DNA of 32,377 bases from an uncultured Eggerthellaceae bacterium (GTDB lineage Bacteria; Actinomycetota; Coriobacteriia; Coriobacteriales; Eggerthellaceae): positions 1 to 32,377 of the forward strand of contig CAZXOF010000002.1 in NCBI GenBank assembly GCA_964642255.1. The letters are read 5' to 3'. This document shows positions 25,770-32,377 of the stretch, piece by piece. A model generated the notes under the pieces. It ran no database searches, had not been told where the DNA came from, and worked only from the letters and a program-made list of their open reading frames with translations. The translations under genes were made by a program, and so were the position numbers. Position 1 is the first letter of the stretch. Each line of letters opens with the position of its first letter.

Positions 25770-26010
25770 AGATTGCCCCCTTTGTAAGCTATCAGGTGTC
25801 TTGGCTCACATTATCGGAAATCATCTCATAGCACACATGGTCAACAGCAACCAAATCAATGCGTTTGTTTATCCCGGCACGCAAGGTATGCACAAGTGTA
25901 TGGCATGTACGCTAACATGTCTTGCGCTTTTGATGATTGAGCACAGAGCATGCCATAAAACAGAACACCGCACGAGATAGACATATACGACCTTAGCCCA
26001 CATAACACAC

Positions 26011-26044
26011 AACGGAGGACATCTAACACTCCATGTCCTCCGTT
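26011..26044 (-). terminator. rpoBC operon terminator (12-bp perfect stem)
   Basis: aacggaggacat (26011-26022) pairs with atgtcctccgtt (26033-26044) around a 10-nt loop. On the minus strand it is followed by GUGUGUUAUGUG. It lies 33 nt after the rpoC stop. Confidence 0.65.
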
Positions 26045-26076
26045 ACACATAAAACTCTACAGCAAGATTTTAGTAC

Positions 26077-29000
26077 CTAACCGCCAATAAGATCATCATT
26101 TTGGGTTGAGCGCTGCTCTTCATCTTTGCCCGTCAGACCAAAACCAAACGAGCCAAGTGATGAAACCGACCCTAAGAGCTCATCAAGCTCCTCGATATTT
26201 CGATGATACGAACGTGGCGGCAAAGCCTCGCCCAACATATCTTCACCCTCTGTGTTAAAGGTCACCGGTTCATCTCCGCCAATTAAAATCGTATCGTCTG
26301 GCGAAAACACCATATCAAGCAACTGCGTCATATCATCACTGCTAGCAGCCAAATCATTTTCGATCACATGCAGTAAATCGCGCTCGGCAAGACCTTCTTT
26401 GAGTTCTTCAATAGCCTTCACACCAATGCCTTCAATACGCAAAAGATCATCTTCGGTGTGACCTACCAAATCGGCGACCGTTTCAATACCAGCCTCAGAA
26501 AACTTATTCGCCCAACGTTGGGACACACCCAAATCATCGTAGACATAGAGACGTGCATCCTCATCAGAGAGGTTACCGCGCCCACCGAGAGCAGCAGAGC
26601 CATAGTAGCCACCATAATTTAAGAACCCTTGAGGATCAAGTGACCAATCTTGCGGTTGAGGCATCAATTCTTCTACCTCGCGCAATACATCTGGCGCATA
26701 ATCAGGCAAGATGTTTTCGCTCGCCCTTTCACTATTAACCGGTGCGCCCTTATAGGTGAGACGAACATCACGATAGCGGTGCAAGCCAGTACCTGCGGGA
26801 ATGGGTTTACCAATAACAACATTTTCTTTCAAGCCAGCAAGATGATCTACCTTACTTTCGATAGCCGCATCGGTAAGTACTTTAGTGGTTTCCTGGAACG
26901 ACGCCGCCGACAAGAACGATTCCGTAGCAAGCGAAGCCTTGGTGATCCCAAGCAATAGCGGCTGTCCCACCGGTGGATTCTTGCCCTCTGCTATAAGTTC
27001 ATTAGCAATACGCTCAAACTCAAAGCGATTCATTTGACGACCCGGCAACAAATCAGAGTCACCCGCATCAATAACTGCAATCTTGCGCAGCATTTGACGC
27101 GCAATGACTTCGATGTGCTTGTCATTAATATCTACACCTTGCGACACATAAACACCTTGTACCTGACTGACGATATAGCGCAAGGTCGTGTTTGGATCGG
27201 CAAGGCGCAAGAGATCATGTGGGTTAACCGAACCCTTTGTGAGCTGCTGACCAACCTCAACCTCACACCCATCCACAATACCGGGCAGCATGGTTGCACG
27301 TGCCGATACCACATATTCGCGATAATTACCCTCTTGATCGTGAATCATGAGGGTTTTGGAAGTCTTGTCACCAGAAATTTGCAAGGTGCCAGAAATCTCT
27401 GCAAGCACTGCCTGACCCTTGGGCTTGCGCGCTTCAAAAAGCTCCTGAACACGAGGCAAACCGTGTGTAATGTCTTCACCCGCAACACCACCGGTGTGGA
27501 AGGTGCGCATCGTAAGCTGCGTGCCAGGCTCGCCAATCGACTGAGCAGCAATAATACCAACCGCTGTGCCAACATTAACCGGGCGCGCAATCGCAAGATC
27601 CCAGCCGTAACACTTCTGACACACACCCTGTTCGGCTCGACAGGTCATGATCGTACGAATTGTCACACTTGCAATACCTGTCGCGATAAGTTGTTGCAGC
27701 TGCGTTAACGAAGAAAGATATTCACCCGCTTCAAGCAGCACTTCTCCGTCTGCACTCACAACCGGCTCCATCAGGCAACGGCCTATAAGATTGTTATCAA
27801 CATCACCCTTATCATCAACAATCGAATAGTTCACGCCTTCAGTAGTTCCGCAATCAATTTCGCGAATGATGACATCTTGCGCCACATCGACAAGACGACG
27901 CGTAAGATAACCCGAGTCGGCTGTGCGCAAAGCTGTGTCGGCCAAACCCTTGCGAGCACCATGGGTTGAAATGAAGTACTCAAGTACAGAAAGGCCCTCG
28001 CGGAAGTTCGCTTTGATAGGGCGATCGATAATCTCGCCCTTCGGGTCAGACATAAGGCCACGCATACCCGCAAGTTGACGAATCTGCTTAATGTTGCCTC
28101 GAGCACCTGAGAAAGCCATCATATAGATAGGATTGAACTTATCGAAGTTGTCGGCCATTGCATCGCCAACTTCTTCATTTGCCTCGTTCCAAATATCAAC
28201 AACTTGGCGGTGACGCTCCTCGTCACTCATAAGACCCATTTCATAGTCTTCATCAATGGCAGCAACTTTGGCGTCAGCCTGACTAAGAATTTCAGCCTTG
28301 TTTGGAGGTACCGTTGCGTCATACACCGACACCGTGACACCAGCGCGTGTTGCATAATGAAAGCCCATGCTCTTCAGGCCATCGAGAATGCTTGGCACTT
28401 CGGAAAGCTCGTAGCGATTACAAACGTCTTCAACTAGACGGCTGATCTCGCTTTTGTTCATCTCATAGTTAAGATACTCATAGTCATCGGGCAGTACACT
28501 ATTAAAGGTGATGCGCCCAATGGTTGTTTCAATACGCTCACCCGCCTTGCGCTCTTCAAGTACACCATAGGCTGTTGCAATAGTGGTGTCGTTTGTAAGA
28601 CGCACCTGAATTTTTGCCTGCAAATCAAGATCAGCACGAGCATCATAGGCATTCAGCGCATCCCCAAAATCGCAGAATGCACGCCCTTCACCTAGGAAGC
28701 CATCACGAGCGGCCGTAAGGTAATACAAACCAATAATCATATCTTGCGTAGGCACAGTGAGTGGACGGCCATGAGCAGGTGATTTGATGTTATTGGCAGA
28801 AAGCATTAGCACACGAGCCTCAGCTTGCGCTTCAGCACCCAACGGTACGTGAACAGCCATCTGGTCACCATCAAAATCGGCATTAAAAGCTGTGCATACT
28901 AACGGGTGTAACTTAATAGCCTTACCCTCAACAAGCACCGGCTCAAAGGCTTGAATACCCAAGCGGTGAAGCGTTGGTGCACGATTAAGCAGCACTGGGT

Positions 29001-30492
29001 GCTCGCCGATAACCTCTTCCAGCACGTCCCATACATAGGTAGCGCCACGATCAACCGCACGCTTAGCCGCCTTGATGTTCGCTGCGTATTCAAGTTCTAC
29101 CAAACGCTTCATCACGAAAGGCTTGAACAGCTCAAGTGCCATTTGGGATGGCAAACCACACTGGTGCAGCTTAAGCTGCGGTCCCACAACGATAACCGAA
29201 CGCCCAGAGTAATCAACGCGTTTACCCAGCAGGTTTTGACGGAAGCGACCTTGCTTACCTTTAAGCATGTCAGACAGCGACTTAAGCGGGCGATTACCAG
29301 GGCCGGTAACAGGACGACCGCGCCGTCCATTGTCAAACAGACTGTCGACAGCCTCTTGCAGCATACGCTTCTCATTATTCACGATGATCTCGGGTGCACC
29401 AAGATCAAGTAAGCGCTTGAGACGGTTGTTGCGATTGATAACACGACGATATAAATCGTTGAGGTCACTTGTGGCAAACCTGCCGCCATCCAGCTGCACC
29501 ATTGGACGTAGATCAGGCGGAATAACCGGTATGACATCAAGAATCATATCGACCGGTTCGTTGTCAGACTTTAAGAAAGCATCAACCACTTTGAGACGCT
29601 TAATAGCCTTTGCACGCTTTTGCCCCTTGCCATTTTGAATGATGTCGCGCAGCATCTCTGCTGTTTCTTCTAGGTCAATTGCCTCAAGCAAATCACGCAC
29701 TGCTTCAGCACCCATGCCACCCGTAAAGTATTCGCGATAGTTTGTATACATCTCGCGATACAGTTCTTCATCTGTAATGAGCTGCTTTGGCTCAATCTTT
29801 AAGAACTGATCGAAAGCGTCTTGACGCAACGCCTTGCGCTCATTGAATTCCTCATAGAGATCAGCAATCTCTTCTTCCACCTCTTCAGGAGAAAGAAGCT
29901 CATCCTCATCATATTCATCGAAGAAATCATCTTCTTCAGGTGTATAGTCGGTTGACATGTGACGCACAGACTCGATAAGCCGATCACGTTCGGCATCAAG
30001 TTCTTCAAGGTCAGCGGCAAGTTCGTCGCGCAGCTCTTCAAGGTCTTCTTCGCGCGCTTCTTTATCGACAGAAGTAATAATCGAACCAGCGAAGTAAAGC
30101 ACTTCCTCAAGCTCTTTAGGTGGAATATCAAGCAGATAACCCAAACGCGATGGCGAGCCCTTGAAATACCAAATATGGCTCACCGGTGCAGCAAGCTCAA
30201 TATGCCCCATGCGCTCACGACGCACGCGGGCACGCGTCACTTCAACACCACAACGCTCGCATACAATACCCTTGAAACGAACACGTTTGTACTTACCGCA
30301 GGCACATTCCCAATCTTTCGTTGGGCCAAAAATCTTCTCACAGAACAAACCGTCTTTTTCCGGCTTGAGTGTACGATAGTTAATCGTCTCGGGCTTTTTT
30401 ACCTCGCCACATGACCAACCACGAATGCTTTCAGCATCCGCAAGAGAGATGCGCAAAGCGTCGAAATTATTTACGTCGAATTCCGTCGTCAT
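26077..30492 (-). CDS. rpoC: DNA-directed RNA polymerase subunit beta-prime, unusually long (1471 aa), with the actinobacterial acidic clamp insertion and a ~160-aa C-terminal extension
   Basis: The zinc-ribbon [23 protein letters not shown], the catalytic NADFDGDQM, and the trigger loop/bridge helix regions are present. The ATG abuts the rpoB stop directly (TAAATG at 30495-30490), and GGAGAGGAG lies inside the rpoB 3' end. Confidence 0.98.
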   Translation of the reverse strand: MTTEFDVNNFDALRISLADAESIRGWSCGEVKKPETINYRTLKPEKDGLFCEKIFGPTKDWECACGKYKRVRFKGIVCERCGVEVTRARVRRERMGHIELAAPVSHIWYFKGSPSRLGYLLDIPPKELEEVLYFAGSIITSVDKEAREEDLEELRDELAADLEELDAERDRLIESVRHMSTDYTPEEDDFFDEYDEDELLSPEEVEEEIADLYEEFNERKALRQDAFDQFLKIEPKQLITDEELYREMYTNYREYFTGGMGAEAVRDLLEAIDLEETAEMLRDIIQNGKGQKRAKAIKRLKVVDAFLKSDNEPVDMILDVIPVIPPDLRPMVQLDGGRFATSDLNDLYRRVINRNNRLKRLLDLGAPEIIVNNEKRMLQEAVDSLFDNGRRGRPVTGPGNRPLKSLSDMLKGKQGRFRQNLLGKRVDYSGRSVIVVGPQLKLHQCGLPSQMALELFKPFVMKRLVELEYAANIKAAKRAVDRGATYVWDVLEEVIGEHPVLLNRAPTLHRLGIQAFEPVLVEGKAIKLHPLVCTAFNADFDGDQMAVHVPLGAEAQAEARVLMLSANNIKSPAHGRPLTVPTQDMIIGLYYLTAARDGFLGEGRAFCDFGDALNAYDARADLDLQAKIQVRLTNDTTIATAYGVLEERKAGERIETTIGRITFNSVLPDDYEYLNYEMNKSEISRLVEDVCNRYELSEVPSILDGLKSMGFHYATRAGVTVSVYDATVPPNKAEILSQADAKVAAIDEDYEMGLMSDEERHRQVVDIWNEANEEVGDAMADNFDKFNPIYMMAFSGARGNIKQIRQLAGMRGLMSDPKGEIIDRPIKANFREGLSVLEYFISTHGARKGLADTALRTADSGYLTRRLVDVAQDVIIREIDCGTTEGVNYSIVDDKGDVDNNLIGRCLMEPVVSADGEVLLEAGEYLSSLTQLQQLIATGIASVTIRTIMTCRAEQGVCQKCYGWDLAIARPVNVGTAVGIIAAQSIGEPGTQLTMRTFHTGGVAGEDITHGLPRVQELFEARKPKGQAVLAEISGTLQISGDKTSKTLMIHDQEGNYREYVVSARATMLPGIVDGCEVEVGQQLTKGSVNPHDLLRLADPNTTLRYIVSQVQGVYVSQGVDINDKHIEVIARQMLRKIAVIDAGDSDLLPGRQMNRFEFERIANELIAEGKNPPVGQPLLLGITKASLATESFLSAASFQETTKVLTDAAIESKVDHLAGLKENVVIGKPIPAGTGLHRYRDVRLTYKGAPVNSERASENILPDYAPDVLREVEELMPQPQDWSLDPQGFLNYGGYYGSAALGGRGNLSDEDARLYVYDDLGVSQRWANKFSEAGIETVADLVGHTEDDLLRIEGIGVKAIEELKEGLAERDLLHVIENDLAASSDDMTQLLDMVFSPDDTILIGGDEPVTFNTEGEDMLGEALPPRSYHRNIEELDELLGSVSSLGSFGFGLTGKDEEQRSTQNDDLIGG

Positions 30493-32377
<1,885 letters not shown>

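Overview
This looks like a chromosomal segment from a moderate-GC anaerobic actinobacterium of the Coriobacteriia type. That placement is inference: beta-prime carries the actinobacterial acidic clamp insertion, while the metG-tatD-rsmA-veg synteny, fused secDF, QueT and type III glutamine synthetase are Firmicutes-like. The left ~8.8 kb is an accessory redox island. It holds a partial tungsten-type aldehyde:ferredoxin oxidoreductase (minus strand, running off the left edge, absent from the ORF track). Divergent from it is a five-gene Tat-dependent molybdopterin oxidoreductase operon: Tat-ferredoxin, TorD-like chaperone, catalytic subunit, FeS subunit and NrfD-type membrane anchor. A convergent AraC-family regulator and a divergent dps follow. 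The rest is minus-strand housekeeping: glnN (GS III), rpsI-rplM, veg, rsmA, an Isf-like flavoprotein, tatD, metG, queT, rpsA, a SAM methyltransferase, fused secDF, glmM, rpoC and partial rpoB. The one plus-strand gene there is tRNA-Val(TAC). I saw no transposase or integrase, no CRISPR array, and no recognisable defence or toxin-antitoxin genes. The most unusual observations are: (1) a ~160-aa C-terminal extension on RpoC containing an RpoA alpha-CTD-like helix-hairpin-helix module, with a DLIGG-type motif shared with the RpoB tail; (2) the Mo-enzyme locus of unknown substrate with a second, independently Tat-targeted tetra-cluster ferredoxin beside an AOR; (3) a 52-residue insertion splitting the compact Cys motif of the Isf-like flavoprotein; (4) several long structured leaders (rplM, queT, metG, glnN) that match no riboswitch I could recognise by eye. 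All homology calls rest on motif recognition from memory; no searches were run.
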